This document shows positions 1 to 11,747 of a stretch of 64,000 bases of DNA, one piece after another; position 1 is the stretch's first letter; the number at the start of each line of letters is the position of its first letter. The stretch is from an uncultured Rhodobiaceae bacterium (lineage in GTDB: Bacteria > Pseudomonadota > Alphaproteobacteria > Rhizobiales > TMED25), in NCBI GenBank assembly GCA_913045225.1, contig CAJWPC010000001.1, forward strand, positions 15,128 through 79,127, written 5' to 3'. The notes under the pieces are model-generated. The model was given only the letters and a program-made list of their open reading frames with translations, was not told the origin of the DNA and ran no database searches. The position numbers and the translations under genes were made by a program.

Positions 1-835
1 ATAGACCCGTCACCCATAATGGCTTCATAAGATCAACCGGTAAATCAGTGATGAGATCTTCCCCTTGATAGTCGTACCTGAATAATTTTCCACTATCAAA
101 ATCTTCACGAACATAAATGATATCATTCCCGTCCCATTCAGGCTGAAAAATGGAGCGACCAAGACCACCATCTATCTGTTGCAATTCACCGACGACTCCC
201 TGGGCTGAAAGAGCTGCTGAGATCAGCTTTGAGGCCTCCCAAGGCATGAAAGGCAGATCCCATTCAAGCCATAATAATTTTAATCCATCACATGATATCT
301 TCAAATTTGAATAAAAAGATGCCCCAGCTATTAATTTTTTTATATTATTAGCATCCTCAAGATTTAAATATGCAATATAATTGATGGGATACTTACTGCT
401 GCCGCAGCTGCCATCCTCAACAATAAAATAAAGATGATTCTTATACGATGCAATTTCACCAATTCTAACATTTTGAAGATTGGTAATTTTAGTTATTTTT
501 TTATTTTCAATTTTGTAAATATTTTGATCATCGCTGTTCACAAAAAATATTCGCATCTCATCGACATGATATGGTACCCCGCCATATTCATGTATTTTGC
601 TTTTTACACTAAATTCTGTGCCACTTAAATTAATTGATTGTGCAGACTTAAAATTGTATTGGATTATAGATGATAAACCACCTTTATCTATACCTGTTTC
701 AATCCAATATGTGCTATGGGAATTTGATAAGGGGTAATTTTTTTTGGACATTTTTTGCCCATTGAATATGTCACATACAGATGCAGGATCACATATTGCA
801 CCCTCACCCTTATATATTTCTGTCAGATTCTTCAT
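1..835 (-). CDS. S9 family (prolyl oligopeptidase-like) peptidase, N-terminal part; runs off the left edge
   Basis: Hand translation of the minus strand from ATG 835 is open to the edge. It contains SKIHEYGG, AGASFYSNLKISCDGLKLLWLEWDLPFMPWE and GGLGRSIFQPEW, which are typical of the beta-propeller part of S9 peptidases. Alternative ATG at 751. Absent from the ORF track because there is no stop in the window. Confidence 0.8.
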   Translation of the reverse strand, partial: MKNLTEIYKGEGAICDPASVCDIFNGQKMSKKNYPLSNSHSTYWIETGIDKGGLSSIIQYNFKSAQSINLSGTEFSVKSKIHEYGGVPYHVDEMRIFFVNSDDQNIYKIENKKITKITNLQNVRIGEIASYKNHLYFIVEDGSCGSSKYPINYIAYLNLEDANNIKKLIAGASFYSNLKISCDGLKLLWLEWDLPFMPWEASKLISAALSAQGVVGELQQIDGGLGRSIFQPEWDGNDIIYVREDFDSGKLFRYDYQGEDLITDLPVDLMKPLWVTGL

Positions 836-987
836 TGTAATTTATGAGCATATTATAAAATAGCCTCAGAGCGAATAAATTAATCTATTTTTTAGGTAAT
901 ATAATCTAGATTTTTTGATATAAATTATTATATATAACGTATATCTGTTATACTTATTTATCATATTACTTTTTGAAATGGTGATTA

Positions 988-3900
988 ATGTTTAAACACT
1001 TAGAAAATAATGTAAAAGAAACAATTGATAAAGGCTTATATAATCCAAGAAACGAACATGATGCCTGCGGTATTGGTTTTGTTGCTAATATCAAAAATAA
1101 AAAATCACACCAGATAATTAAAGATGGGCTGTCAATCCTTGAAAATCTAACCCATCGAGGTGCCGTCGGAGCTGATCCAAAAGCAGGTGATGGTTGTGGT
1201 TTACTAACCCAAATACCTGATGAATTCCTCAGAAAAGTAACAGCTGAACTCGGTGTGGAGCTTCCAAGTCTCGGCAGTTACGGTGTTGGAAATATATTTC
1301 TGCCTAAGGAAAAGAAAAAAAGAGAAAATTACATTGAACAAATTAAGAAGATTGTTAAAAATGAAAACCTAAAGATTCTTGCTTTAAGAGACATACCCGT
1401 AAATAACAACGGGCTTGGCTATTCCGTTAAGCCAACTGAACCATTTCATCTACAAATGTTTGTTGCATCTGATGAGGAGTTATCAGATCAGAATGCACTG
1501 GAGAGAAAGTTATTTGTTACCCGGAAAAACATTTATCGCATGTTTTTGGGTGATCAAAGTAAGCCACTCGACGATTTTTACATGTGCTCACTCTCTTCAA
1601 AAACACTTCTATACAAAGGAATGCTGCTATCTGATCAGCTTGCTGAATATTTCTTAGATTTAAACGACCCACTTTTTAAATCGGCACTAGCACTTGTTCA
1701 CCAAAGGTTTTCTACAAATACTTTTCCAACCTGGAGTCTAGCACAGCCATTTAGAATGATATGCCATAATGGAGAAATAAATACACTAAGAGGAAATGTT
1801 AATTGGTTAAAGGCTAGACTTTCAACATTAAAGTCTGATCTTCTTGGCGATGATATCAAGAAAATTTGGCCAATTGTGGTTGATGGGCAATCAGACTCGG
1901 CCTGTTTTGACAACGTACTTGAGCTTTTGGTCAACAGTGGTTACTCAATATCGCATGCAATGATGACAATGATCCCTGAAGCATGGACTGGCAACGAAAT
2001 TATGCCGAAAAATAGGAAGGCATTTTATGAACATCAGGCCTCAATGATGGAACCATGGGACGGTCCCGCTGCAATTGCATTCACGGATGGAAACCAAATT
2101 GGTGCAACACTTGACAGAAATGGATTAAGACCTGCGAGGTACTTCAAAACAGATGATGACAGAGTAATATTATCTTCTGAAATGGGTGTGCTTCCAGTAA
2201 AGGAAGAGAATATAACTGAAAAGTGGAGACTTCAGCCAGGAAAAATGCTGCTTATTGATTTGCAAAAAGGAGAAATTATTGCGGATGATGAGTTAAAAGA
2301 AAGTATGGCTAATGCCCACCCATACGAAGAGTGGTTGGCAAATAGTCAAGTTATTCTTGAGGATTTACCAAAGGTAAATGAAATTAATCACTCTCAAAAT
2401 AAAGACATACTAAGCCTACAAAAAGCCTTCGGATATACTCAAGAAGACCTAAAATTCTTATTATCACCCATGGTTACAACCGGACAAGAGGCAATCGGCT
2501 CAATGGGGAATGATGTTCCAATATCATCGCTCTCTGATAAGTCAAAATCACTCTTTACCTATTTCAAGCAACTTTTCGCCCAAGTTACTAATCCGCCAAT
2601 CGATCCAATAAGAGAAGAGCTTGTTATGTCACTAGTGTCTTTCATAGGACCGAGACCAAATCTGCTTGACCCTCACAAGAACTCATCATTGAAAAGATTA
2701 GAAGTTAGGCAACCAATATTAACAAATGAAGACTTAGAAAAAATAAGATATGTAAGCGAGCTCTCCGAAAACTATTTCAGGGCAAGAACTCTTGATATTA
2801 CATTCGCAAATGATAAACCCCAAATTGATCTAACAGAAGTATTAGACAAGCTTTGTATGAAAGCTGAAAGAGTCGTAAATGAGGGGCACAACATAATTAT
2901 TCTGTCTGACAGGTACACAAATGAATCACGCATTCCTATACCTTCCTTGCTTGCCACCGCAGCGGTTCATCATTATTTGATTAAAAAAGGCCTAAGAACA
3001 TCTGTCGGATTAGTAGTAGAAACTGGGGAAGCACGAGAAGTTCATCATTTTTGTACACTTGCAGGCTATGGCGCTGAAGCTATAAACCCATATTTAGCCT
3101 TTGAAACAATCGAACAAATTAGACAGTCACTAGACGAAGAAATTTCAAAAACAGAGTCTCAGAGTAGATTTATTAAAGCAGTTGATAAAGGTATTTTGAA
3201 GGTGATGTCAAAAATGGGTATATCAACATACCAATCATATTGTGGGGCTCAAATATTTGATGCAATAGGACTCGATCAAAGTGTAATTGATGCCTATTTC
3301 ACTGGTACTCACTCACAGATAGGTGGTGTGAAAATTGATGATATCGCTAAGGAGACTATTGCAAGGCACGAGTTAGCTTACAACAGCCCAGACATATTAA
3401 AAATAACTCTCGACGTTGGGGGAGAATATGCTCAAAGAACCCGTGGAGAAGATCATGCTTGGAGCTATAATACAATAAGCTCATTACAGCACGCCGTTAG
3501 GGGTAACGCTCAGGATAAATATAACGCTTATGCTGACGAAATTAATGAGCAAGACAAAAGATTGCTCACCATCCGTGGTTTGATGAAAATTAAAGACGCA
3601 AAAGAAGATAAAAGAAAAAAAATATCAATAGAAGAAGTTGAACCGGCAAAAGAGATAGTAAAAAGGTTTTCAACGGGGGCAATGTCTTTTGGCTCCATAA
3701 GTAGAGAAGCTCATACGAATCTTGCGATAGCAATGAATAGAATTGGTGGTAAATCCAATACAGGAGAGGGCGGAGAGGAAGTTGATCGTTTCACACCATT
3801 ACCTAATGGGGACACGATGCGCTCTGCAATTAAACAAGTTGCTTCAGGAAGATTTGGTGTGACTGCAGAATATCTAACAAATGCGGATATGATACAAATA

Positions 3901-5637
3901 AAAATGGCGCAAGGAGCAAAGCCTGGTGAAGGAGGGCAGCTACCTGGCCATAAAGTTGATGCTGTCATAGCTAAGGTAAGATATTCAACTCCCGGTGTTG
4001 GACTTATTTCACCTCCACCTCATCACGATATATACTCAATTGAGGATCTTGCACAGCTTATTTATGACTTAAAAAATGCAAATCAAGAAGCAAAGATTAG
4101 TGTGAAGCTTGTTTCAGAAGTAGGAGTAGGAACTGTTGCGGCAGGTGTTGCAAAAGCTAAATCTGATCACCTCACAATCTCTGGTTATGAAGGGGGTACA
4201 GGTGCAAGTCCACTTACATCAATCAAACATGCCGGATCACCATGGGAGATTGGTATCAGTGAAACACACCAGACTCTTGTCATCAATAAATTACGAGAAA
4301 GAATTACAGTCCAAGTTGATGGTGGTTTACGAACGGGACGAGATGTTGTTATTGGTGCTTTACTTGGCGCAGATGAGTTTGGGTTCTCAACAGCTCCATT
4401 AGTTGCTTCTGGTTGTATTATGATGAGAAAATGCCATCTAAATACATGCCCTGTTGGAGTCGCAACCCAGGATCCAGAGTTAAGGAAAAGATTTACCGGT
4501 ACGCCTGAACACGTAGTCAATTACTTCTTTTTTGTAGCTGAAGAAGTACGAAAATATATGGCTGAAATGGGCTTCAAGACATTCAATGAGATGATCGGGC
4601 AAAGCCAGATGTTAGATAAAAAAGATGTTATAGAGCAATGGAAAGCAAAAGGCATAGATTTAAGTAGGGTTTTATATAAACCAGAGACAGATGAAGACGA
4701 GAAAGTTTATAACAGCGAAGATCAAGATCATAACTTAGACAGTGTTCTAGATCAGGAATTGATTTTATTAGCCAAGCAATCAATTGAAAATCAAATGCCT
4801 GTGCTAATTGAGAAAGAAATAAGCAATGTGGACAGAACAACAGGGGCAATGCTATCAAACCAGATTGCTAAAAAATATGGTCACAAGGGTCTTCCGGAAG
4901 ATACGATACATCTCAAATTTACTGGTACCTCTGGACAAAGTTTTGGTGCATTTGTTTCACACGGTATTACTATGGAGTTGATTGGAGAGGCAAATGACTA
5001 TGTAGGTAAGGGCTTATCAGGCGGCAAATTAATAGTTTATCCAAATCCAAATTCGAAGATTAACCCAAATAAGAGCATGATTGTGGGAAACACAGTTTTA
5101 TATGGCGGGATCAGTGGTGAGTGTTACTTTAGAGGTATAGCTGGCGAACGTTTTGCTGTGAGGAATTCTGGTGCAATCGCTGTAGTCGAGGGAACCGGAG
5201 ACCATGGTTGCGAATATATGACGGGTGGATGTGCTGTAATATTGGGTGAAACAGGAAGAAACTTTGCTGCTGGTATGTCAGGCGGAGTTGCCTATGTTTT
5301 GGATGAGTTTGGTAACTTTAGTGATAGATGTAACCTTTCAATGGTTGAATTAGAGCCAATCACATCGGAAGATGACTTGTTAGAAAGACTTCAACATCAG
5401 GGCGGTGACCTTGAAACAAAGGGTAAAGTAGATCTTATGAAGTCAATGACAAAATTTGATGCAGAGAGGATATACAAATTGGTCCAGAATCACTATAATT
5501 ACACAGACTCTGATAAGGCAAAAAAAATTCTGGATAACTGGGATGAATTTTTACCAAAATTTGTTAAAGTAATGCCAGTCGATTATAGAAGAGCTTTGGT
5601 TGAAATAGAAAAACAAAAATTGGAATTAGTTAAATAA
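988..5637 (+). CDS. gltB: Glutamate synthase large subunit
   Basis: 1549 aa. Propeptide followed by HDA-CGIGF (catalytic Cys), [38 protein letters not shown] (3Fe-4S) and GXGXG C-terminal repeats. Confidence 0.99.
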   Translation: MFKHLENNVKETIDKGLYNPRNEHDACGIGFVANIKNKKSHQIIKDGLSILENLTHRGAVGADPKAGDGCGLLTQIPDEFLRKVTAELGVELPSLGSYGVGNIFLPKEKKKRENYIEQIKKIVKNENLKILALRDIPVNNNGLGYSVKPTEPFHLQMFVASDEELSDQNALERKLFVTRKNIYRMFLGDQSKPLDDFYMCSLSSKTLLYKGMLLSDQLAEYFLDLNDPLFKSALALVHQRFSTNTFPTWSLAQPFRMICHNGEINTLRGNVNWLKARLSTLKSDLLGDDIKKIWPIVVDGQSDSACFDNVLELLVNSGYSISHAMMTMIPEAWTGNEIMPKNRKAFYEHQASMMEPWDGPAAIAFTDGNQIGATLDRNGLRPARYFKTDDDRVILSSEMGVLPVKEENITEKWRLQPGKMLLIDLQKGEIIADDELKESMANAHPYEEWLANSQVILEDLPKVNEINHSQNKDILSLQKAFGYTQEDLKFLLSPMVTTGQEAIGSMGNDVPISSLSDKSKSLFTYFKQLFAQVTNPPIDPIREELVMSLVSFIGPRPNLLDPHKNSSLKRLEVRQPILTNEDLEKIRYVSELSENYFRARTLDITFANDKPQIDLTEVLDKLCMKAERVVNEGHNIIILSDRYTNESRIPIPSLLATAAVHHYLIKKGLRTSVGLVVETGEAREVHHFCTLAGYGAEAINPYLAFETIEQIRQSLDEEISKTESQSRFIKAVDKGILKVMSKMGISTYQSYCGAQIFDAIGLDQSVIDAYFTGTHSQIGGVKIDDIAKETIARHELAYNSPDILKITLDVGGEYAQRTRGEDHAWSYNTISSLQHAVRGNAQDKYNAYADEINEQDKRLLTIRGLMKIKDAKEDKRKKISIEEVEPAKEIVKRFSTGAMSFGSISREAHTNLAIAMNRIGGKSNTGEGGEEVDRFTPLPNGDTMRSAIKQVASGRFGVTAEYLTNADMIQIKMAQGAKPGEGGQLPGHKVDAVIAKVRYSTPGVGLISPPPHHDIYSIEDLAQLIYDLKNANQEAKISVKLVSEVGVGTVAAGVAKAKSDHLTISGYEGGTGASPLTSIKHAGSPWEIGISETHQTLVINKLRERITVQVDGGLRTGRDVVIGALLGADEFGFSTAPLVASGCIMMRKCHLNTCPVGVATQDPELRKRFTGTPEHVVNYFFFVAEEVRKYMAEMGFKTFNEMIGQSQMLDKKDVIEQWKAKGIDLSRVLYKPETDEDEKVYNSEDQDHNLDSVLDQELILLAKQSIENQMPVLIEKEISNVDRTTGAMLSNQIAKKYGHKGLPEDTIHLKFTGTSGQSFGAFVSHGITMELIGEANDYVGKGLSGGKLIVYPNPNSKINPNKSMIVGNTVLYGGISGECYFRGIAGERFAVRNSGAIAVVEGTGDHGCEYMTGGCAVILGETGRNFAAGMSGGVAYVLDEFGNFSDRCNLSMVELEPITSEDDLLERLQHQGGDLETKGKVDLMKSMTKFDAERIYKLVQNHYNYTDSDKAKKILDNWDEFLPKFVKVMPVDYRRALVEIEKQKLELVK

Positions 5638-5662
5638 CTCAAAGATTTTAAAAGGTATTATA

Positions 5663-7081
5663 ATGGGTAAAGTAACAGGTTTTCTCGAAATAGACAGGCA
5701 TGACAGGAAATATAAACCAGCTGCTGATAGAATAAGAAACTACAAAGAGTTTGTGATTCCTCTTGGAGACACAGAAACAAAGAATCAAGCTGCAAGATGC
5801 ATGGATTGTGGTATCCCATTTTGTCATACTGGATGCCCAGTAAATAATCAAATACCAGATTGGAATGATCTTGTGTATTCGGGTAATTGGGAACAAGCAT
5901 CTGCCAATTTACACTCAACAAATAATTTTCCTGAGTTCACAGGACGAATATGCCCAGCACCTTGTGAAGCATCGTGCACCTTAAATATAACTGATGAGTC
6001 AGTAACCATTAAGACGATTGAATGCGCAATAGTTGATAAAGCATGGCAAAATGGCTGGATAAAGCCAATGGTATCAACTGAGAAAACCGGTAAGAATATT
6101 GCAATAATTGGATCAGGACCAGCAGGCCTTGCTGCTGCTCAACAGCTCGCAAGACAAGGACACTCTGTTGATGTCTATGAAAAAAATTCAAAAGCTGGGG
6201 GACTGCTCAGGTATGGTATTCCTGATTTTAAAATGGAGAAGCATCATATTGATAGGCGAGTCGAGCAAATGCAAGCCGAAGGTGTAAACTTTCATTTTGA
6301 AAAAAATATTGGTGTAGATTTGAGTATGGCAGACATTGAAAAAAACTATGATGCAATTATTTTATCAGGTGGATCAGAGAAACCGCGTGATTTACCAATT
6401 GAAGGAAGAGATTTGAGTGGGATTCATTTCGCAATGGACTTTTTGCCTTTACAGAACAAAGTTATCTCATACGAAATCTCAGAAAATGAAAAATCGATAA
6501 CAGCAAACGGGAAGCATGTGGTTGTAATTGGGGGTGGAGACACTGGATCAGATTGCATTGGAACATCTTTTAGGCAAGGTGCATTATCAGTTACTCAGCT
6601 AGAGATAATGCCCGAACCACCTGAGAAAGAAAATAAACAGATGACTTGGCCATATTGGCCGCTAAAAATGAGAACATCATCAAGTCAAGCTGAAGGCGCA
6701 ATGCGTGATTTTTCAGTCTTAACTGAAAGCTTTGAAGGTTCTGATGGGATTTTAACGGGGCTTAATTGTATAAGAGTTGATGACAATCTTAAAAAAATAG
6801 ATAACTCTGCTTTTAAAATCAAAGCTGACCTAGTTCTATTAGCTATGGGTTTTGTTCATCCAATTCATGAAGGTTTGCTGAAGCAAATCGGTGTTACACT
6901 AAATGATAGAGGCAACGTTCAAGCAAACGAAGATGATTACATGACAAACATCAATAAAATTTTTGTAGCTGGGGATATGCGACGCGGTCAATCTCTAGTT
7001 GTTTGGGCAATAAGGGAAGGCCGTCAAGTCGCGCATTCTGTAGACAAATATCTTATGGGGCAAACAAATCTTCCGAGATAG
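5663..7081 (+). CDS. gltD: Glutamate synthase small subunit
   Basis: 472 aa. CMDCGIPFC and CPAPCEASC Fe-S motifs, GSGPAG and GGGDTG nucleotide-binding motifs. Directly follows gltB. Confidence 0.99.
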   Translation: MGKVTGFLEIDRHDRKYKPAADRIRNYKEFVIPLGDTETKNQAARCMDCGIPFCHTGCPVNNQIPDWNDLVYSGNWEQASANLHSTNNFPEFTGRICPAPCEASCTLNITDESVTIKTIECAIVDKAWQNGWIKPMVSTEKTGKNIAIIGSGPAGLAAAQQLARQGHSVDVYEKNSKAGGLLRYGIPDFKMEKHHIDRRVEQMQAEGVNFHFEKNIGVDLSMADIEKNYDAIILSGGSEKPRDLPIEGRDLSGIHFAMDFLPLQNKVISYEISENEKSITANGKHVVVIGGGDTGSDCIGTSFRQGALSVTQLEIMPEPPEKENKQMTWPYWPLKMRTSSSQAEGAMRDFSVLTESFEGSDGILTGLNCIRVDDNLKKIDNSAFKIKADLVLLAMGFVHPIHEGLLKQIGVTLNDRGNVQANEDDYMTNINKIFVAGDMRRGQSLVVWAIREGRQVAHSVDKYLMGQTNLPR

Positions 7082-7097
7082 GTAGTTAAACATTTCC

Positions 7098-7126
7098 TTG
7101 ACTTTATTAAAATTGGGAAATAATAG
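7098..7126 (+). promoter_or_regulatory. Possible sigma70 promoter for rpmJ
   Basis: TTGACT (7098-7103), a 17-nt spacer, then TAATAG (7121-7126), 15 nt before the rpmJ ATG. The -10 match is weak and the background is AT-rich. Confidence 0.3.
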
Positions 7127-7141
7127 TAACTAGGGAATAAA

Positions 7142-7267
7142 ATGAAAGTCAAGAATTCGCTAAAATCACTGAAAAGTAGGCATCGCGCAAATAGAGTCGT
7201 GCGACGAAGGGGTCGCCTATATGTAATCAATAAAGTCAATAAGCGTTTTAAAGCAAGGCAAGGTTAA
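7142..7267 (+). CDS. rpmJ: 50S ribosomal protein L36, Zn-independent (type B / YkgO-like)
   Basis: Hand translation: [41 protein letters not shown] (41 aa, no Cys). Below the ORF-track length cutoff. Confidence 0.97.
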   Translation: MKVKNSLKSLKSRHRANRVVRRRGRLYVINKVNKRFKARQG

Positions 7268-7279
7268 TTTAAAACACCA

Positions 7280-8077
7280 ATGGGAAATAGAGATCGAGAT
7301 ATTACCCAGCCCTACAATACAATTAAAAATAATAATACAAATATTCTCTTTATTTGTGATCATGCATCTAACATAATACCTTCAAAATATAAAAACTTAG
7401 GATTATCTCAGAAATTATTATCAGAGCACATTTCATATGACATTGGTGCAGCGGGGCTAACACAAAAAATGGCTAATTTAATGAATGCACAAGCCATCTT
7501 ATCAAATTTTTCACGCCTACTGATTGATCCAAATAGATCAGTTGATGATCCTACATCGATAATGCTTTTCGCAGATAAATATATAATTCCCGGTAATAGG
7601 AGCATTACTGATCAGGATACAAAGATGAGAATAAGCGAGTTTTATAATCAATATCATGAAAAGATTGAAGATGTTATATTATCTCTATTAAATGACAGTA
7701 TTGTGCCTATTTTGATCTCTATTCACTCTTTTACTCGTAAATTCAGAGATAAAATTCGGCCATGGGAAATATCAATACTCTGGGACTCTGATGATAGAAT
7801 ATCGGCGCCACTTATTGATTTATTAGAACGTGATAATAATTATGTCATCGGTGATAACCAGCCATACAAAGGCTACTTAAGAGGCGACACTTTATTCACA
7901 CACGCAACGTCACGGGGCTTGCCGCACGTTTTAATCGAGATTAGAAATGACCTGATTGCAGATGAGGATGGTCAAGAAAAGATTGCAAATTATCTCACAA
8001 AAAAATTAAGCCAAGTAATTAGTGCACAACATAAAAATCTTCGCAATATGAAACTATATGGAACGAAATCATTTTAA
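7280..8077 (+). CDS. N-formylglutamate amidohydrolase family protein
   Basis: ICDHASN, HISYDIGA, FSRLLIDPNR, ISIHSFT, GDNQPY and LIEIRNDLI motifs. Confidence 0.9.
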   Translation: MGNRDRDITQPYNTIKNNNTNILFICDHASNIIPSKYKNLGLSQKLLSEHISYDIGAAGLTQKMANLMNAQAILSNFSRLLIDPNRSVDDPTSIMLFADKYIIPGNRSITDQDTKMRISEFYNQYHEKIEDVILSLLNDSIVPILISIHSFTRKFRDKIRPWEISILWDSDDRISAPLIDLLERDNNYVIGDNQPYKGYLRGDTLFTHATSRGLPHVLIEIRNDLIADEDGQEKIANYLTKKLSQVISAQHKNLRNMKLYGTKSF

Positions 8078-8088
8078 TGGAGGAAGCA

Positions 8089-8328
8089 ATGACTGATGAA
8101 GAAAAGATTAAAGCAGAAGTTCTGGATAGGTTGATAACACATCTACAAACAAGTACTGAACTACAAAATATAGATTTGATGGATCTTGCAGGATTTTGTC
8201 GTAATTGTCTTGCAAAATGGTATATGGAAGCTTCAGCTGGTCACGGATCTCTAATCGAGTATGAGGATGCAAGGCAAGTGATCTACGGAATGCCCTATAA
8301 CGATTGGAAAAAAAAATATCAGAAATAG
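8089..8328 (+). CDS. DUF1244 family protein
   Basis: QNIDLMDLAGFCRNCLAKWY and ARQVIYGMPYNDWK signature. A GGAGG RBS favours ATG 8089 over 8077. Confidence 0.9.
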   Translation: MTDEEKIKAEVLDRLITHLQTSTELQNIDLMDLAGFCRNCLAKWYMEASAGHGSLIEYEDARQVIYGMPYNDWKKKYQK

Positions 8329-8382
8329 ATACCTATAATTAATCAGAAGATTGCGTCGATACGTATATTTTAAGAGGTTAAA

Positions 8383-10176
8383 ATGCTACAAAAGAAAATT
8401 GATAAATTACCAGAATGGGATTTGAGTGATCTCTACGATGCACCGGAAAGTGTATCATTCAACGCTGACCTGGAACAACTGAAAAAAAGTGTTCATGATT
8501 TTGAGGCGGAATACAAAAAAGCTATTCTAATCAAAGATGCTCCGATCGGCGAAAATGTGAAAAGATTAAAAAAATCAATTGTTTCATACGAAAAGATTTT
8601 AAATTCTATGGGTAAATTATCGGGATATGCCACATTGCACCATGTTACAGCAACAAATGATCCTGGCAGAACTAAGTTTTATGGTGATACGCAAGTTAAA
8701 ATCACTGAAATTTCAAATAAAATCATATTTTATGAGCTTGAACTTAATAGTCTATCTGAAAAAGTACTTGAAAATTTACTGAATGACAAGGAATTAGCCG
8801 CCTACAAGGCATGGTTTGAGAATATAAGAAAATACAAGCCTCACCAACTATCTGATGAAGTTGAACAAATATTCCATGATAAAAGTATGACCTCATTCTC
8901 AGCATGGAATAGATTATTTGACCAAACAATATCTAATATGAAGGTTGATATGGGTGGTGAATCAAAAAGCTTAGAAGAAGCGTTAAATTACCTTTTGTCA
9001 CCTCATGAAAAAGATCGGAAAAAGGCATTCTTGAGTGTCACAGAGAGGCTAAGAGAAAATATCCCGCTCTTCACCCATATTATGAATACGATTTGCCAAG
9101 ATAGGTCTATATCGGATAAGTGGAGAAAGTATAAATACCCAGAGCAATCACGGCACCTAGCAAATAATATTGAACCCGAAGTCGTAGATGCATTAGTAAA
9201 TGCAGTAGAACTGAATTATAAAAATACTAGTCATAGATACTATAAAATAAAGTCAGAAATACTAGGAAAAAAGTACCTTGAGAGCTGGGATAGAAATGCA
9301 CCATTGCCTGATACAAAAACAAAAGAAATCAAATGGAATGATGCAAGAGATATTGTAATTGATGCATATGAAGAATTTTCAGTCGATTTGGCAAAAATTG
9401 TTAAGAGATTTTTTGATGGGAGATGGATAGATGCTAAAATTAAAGATGGAAAAGTTACAGGTGCTTTTGCCCACCCGATGACGACAGATACTCATCCATA
9501 TATATTGATGAATTATCAAGGGAAGCCAAGAGATGTGATGACGTTAGCTCACGAATTGGGCCATGGAATACATCAGGTATTGGCATCCGATCTAGGGCCA
9601 CTTCTCTCTGATACACCACTCACGCTTGCTGAAACCGCAAGTGTCTTTGGTGAAATGCTGACATATAGAAAACTCATACAGAATACTAAAAATGAATTTG
9701 AGCGAAAAGTTCTTTTGGCCTCGAAGATTGAAGACATGATTAATACAGTAATTAGGCAAATATCATTTTTTAAGTTTGAACAATTAGTTCATCAAAGTAG
9801 AAAAGAAGGGGAGCTTACTTCAGAAGATATAAATGATATTTGGTTAGAAACTCAAAAAAATAGTCTTGGTCCCTCAATCAAATTAGATAAGATGCACAAA
9901 TATCTATGGTCATATATACCACATTTTATTCATAGTCCATTTTATGTGTATGCATACGCATTCGGTGATTGTCTAGTAAATTCTCTCTATTCAGTTTATG
10001 AAAAAGATCGCAGTGGTTTTGTAACAAAATATACAGACCTATTAGCGTCAGGTGGCTCAAAGCATCACAAAGAATTACTTCAACCATTTGATCTTGATGC
10101 TACTGATCCAAGCTTTTGGAATAATGGAATCTCCCTGATAACAGGAATGATTGATGATCTTGAGAAAATTAACTGA
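8383..10176 (+). CDS. M3 family oligoendopeptidase (PepF-like)
   Basis: LPEWDLSDLY N-terminus, HELGH Zn motif, AETASVFGE, and HF..SPFYVYAYAFG. Confidence 0.95.
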   Translation: MLQKKIDKLPEWDLSDLYDAPESVSFNADLEQLKKSVHDFEAEYKKAILIKDAPIGENVKRLKKSIVSYEKILNSMGKLSGYATLHHVTATNDPGRTKFYGDTQVKITEISNKIIFYELELNSLSEKVLENLLNDKELAAYKAWFENIRKYKPHQLSDEVEQIFHDKSMTSFSAWNRLFDQTISNMKVDMGGESKSLEEALNYLLSPHEKDRKKAFLSVTERLRENIPLFTHIMNTICQDRSISDKWRKYKYPEQSRHLANNIEPEVVDALVNAVELNYKNTSHRYYKIKSEILGKKYLESWDRNAPLPDTKTKEIKWNDARDIVIDAYEEFSVDLAKIVKRFFDGRWIDAKIKDGKVTGAFAHPMTTDTHPYILMNYQGKPRDVMTLAHELGHGIHQVLASDLGPLLSDTPLTLAETASVFGEMLTYRKLIQNTKNEFERKVLLASKIEDMINTVIRQISFFKFEQLVHQSRKEGELTSEDINDIWLETQKNSLGPSIKLDKMHKYLWSYIPHFIHSPFYVYAYAFGDCLVNSLYSVYEKDRSGFVTKYTDLLASGGSKHHKELLQPFDLDATDPSFWNNGISLITGMIDDLEKIN

Positions 10177-11540
10177 TGAACAACGGGTATACAGAGAAGA
10201 ATAACTATACTAAAAGATTATCAAGGTATACAAGTGTCGGAAAAGAATTTGGTAAATTTACTACAAAATTTCTATTTAACACAATAATTTCGGATAATAA
10301 AAATGAGAGGAATGCCTTAGCACTAAAAAATGCCCTCGGCTCCCTCAAAGGCCCACTCATGAAGATAGCGCAATTACTGTCAACCATTCCCGGTGCAGTG
10401 CCTGCTGAATACGCAAATGAGTTATCTCAGTTACAAAGCATGGCACCACCAATGGGCAAGGGGTTTGTAAGAAGAAGAATGATAAGTGAGCTTGGGATAA
10501 GTTGGAATGATTGCTTCAAAGATTTTGATTACAGTCCTTTTGCTGCAGCTTCACTAGGACAAGTTCACAGGGCAGTTACAAATGAAGGTCGTGAAATTGT
10601 ATGCAAGTTACAGTATCCAGATATGAAATCAGCTGTAGAAGCGGATTTAAAGCAATTAGATGTAATATTTAAGATAAACAAAAATTTAGGTCCAGCAATA
10701 GGCACCGATCAAATACGAAAAGAAATCGCTGAAAGATTACGTGAAGAGCTAGATTATAAGCGCGAAGGAACTCACATGAAATTATTCGGTGAGATACTCA
10801 AGGACTACAAAGATATCAAAATACCAGAATTAGTGGATGATCTATGCACTGAAAAACTTCTTGTGATGACGTATTTGCCCGGCGAACCTCTAATGAATTT
10901 CAAGAATTCTACACAGTCTGTGAGAAATAAAATTGCTGAATGTTTATTTAGGGCATGGTGGATACCATTTGGACAGTATGGCGTAATTCATGGTGACCCG
11001 CATCTTGGTAATTATTCAATAATTAAAAGAAAAAATGAGATATTAGGTATTAATCTTCTAGACTTTGGTTGCGTAAGAAGGTTTCACCCAGCCTTTGTTG
11101 AAGGCGTAATCAATTTATATGATGGACTTAAATACAATAATCAGGAACTTGTTGTTAACTCATATGAAAAGTGGGGATTTAAGAATTTAAGTAAAGAACT
11201 AATCGATATATTAAATATTTGGGCGAATTTCATATACGGGCCACTGCTGGATAACAGAAAAAGAACTGTTGCAGATGGTATAAAGCCTGAGCTATATGGA
11301 AGAAAAGAAGCTTTCAACGTTTATCAAGCACTTAAAGATATTGGTCCTGTTGAAATACCAAGAGAATTTGTGTTTATGGATAGAGCTGCAATCGGTCTTG
11401 GGTCGGTTTTTCTTCATTTAAACGCAAATTTAAATTTGCACGATTTATTTGAAGAAGCGATCAACAATTTTAGCTCGAAGAAGCTAACAGAAAGACAGTC
11501 AAAAATTTTTAAGAAAACAGGTGTTGATTATGGAAGTTGA
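10176..11540 (+). CDS. ABC1/AarF/UbiB family atypical kinase
   Basis: LKGPLMKIAQ, AAASLGQVHRA, KLQYP, ELDY, HGDPHLGN and LLDFG motifs. Confidence 0.92.
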   Translation: MNNGYTEKNNYTKRLSRYTSVGKEFGKFTTKFLFNTIISDNKNERNALALKNALGSLKGPLMKIAQLLSTIPGAVPAEYANELSQLQSMAPPMGKGFVRRRMISELGISWNDCFKDFDYSPFAAASLGQVHRAVTNEGREIVCKLQYPDMKSAVEADLKQLDVIFKINKNLGPAIGTDQIRKEIAERLREELDYKREGTHMKLFGEILKDYKDIKIPELVDDLCTEKLLVMTYLPGEPLMNFKNSTQSVRNKIAECLFRAWWIPFGQYGVIHGDPHLGNYSIIKRKNEILGINLLDFGCVRRFHPAFVEGVINLYDGLKYNNQELVVNSYEKWGFKNLSKELIDILNIWANFIYGPLLDNRKRTVADGIKPELYGRKEAFNVYQALKDIGPVEIPREFVFMDRAAIGLGSVFLHLNANLNLHDLFEEAINNFSSKKLTERQSKIFKKTGVDYGS

Positions 11541-11623
11541 TCAGCATTTTACTCTTGAAAATTAGGTATATCTTGTATACTAATATAACATACCAAAACT
11601 TAACTTTTACTTGGAAAACATAA

Positions 11624-11734
11624 ATGGATTATGAAGAACATAATAAAACTTACAACGGTTTTATAAAGTTCACAAAATACACAACAATTTTGGTTATACT
11701 AATTTTAGTTTTTCTTGTAGCTTTCGTATATTAA
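11624..11734 (+). CDS. aa3-type cytochrome c oxidase subunit IV (small single-TM protein)
   Basis: Hand translation: MDYEEHNKTYNGFIKFTKYTTILVILILVFLVAFVY* (36 aa). Matches the recalled H..TY.GF..F + one TM pattern of the bacterial subunit IV family. Lies just upstream of pntA. Confidence 0.85.
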   Translation: MDYEEHNKTYNGFIKFTKYTTILVILILVFLVAFVY

Positions 11735-11747
11735 TTCGTTAAATATA

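Noticed and set aside
434-628. 64-aa plus-strand ORF
   Set aside because: Antisense shadow of the minus-strand S9 peptidase, which carries recognisable family motifs.
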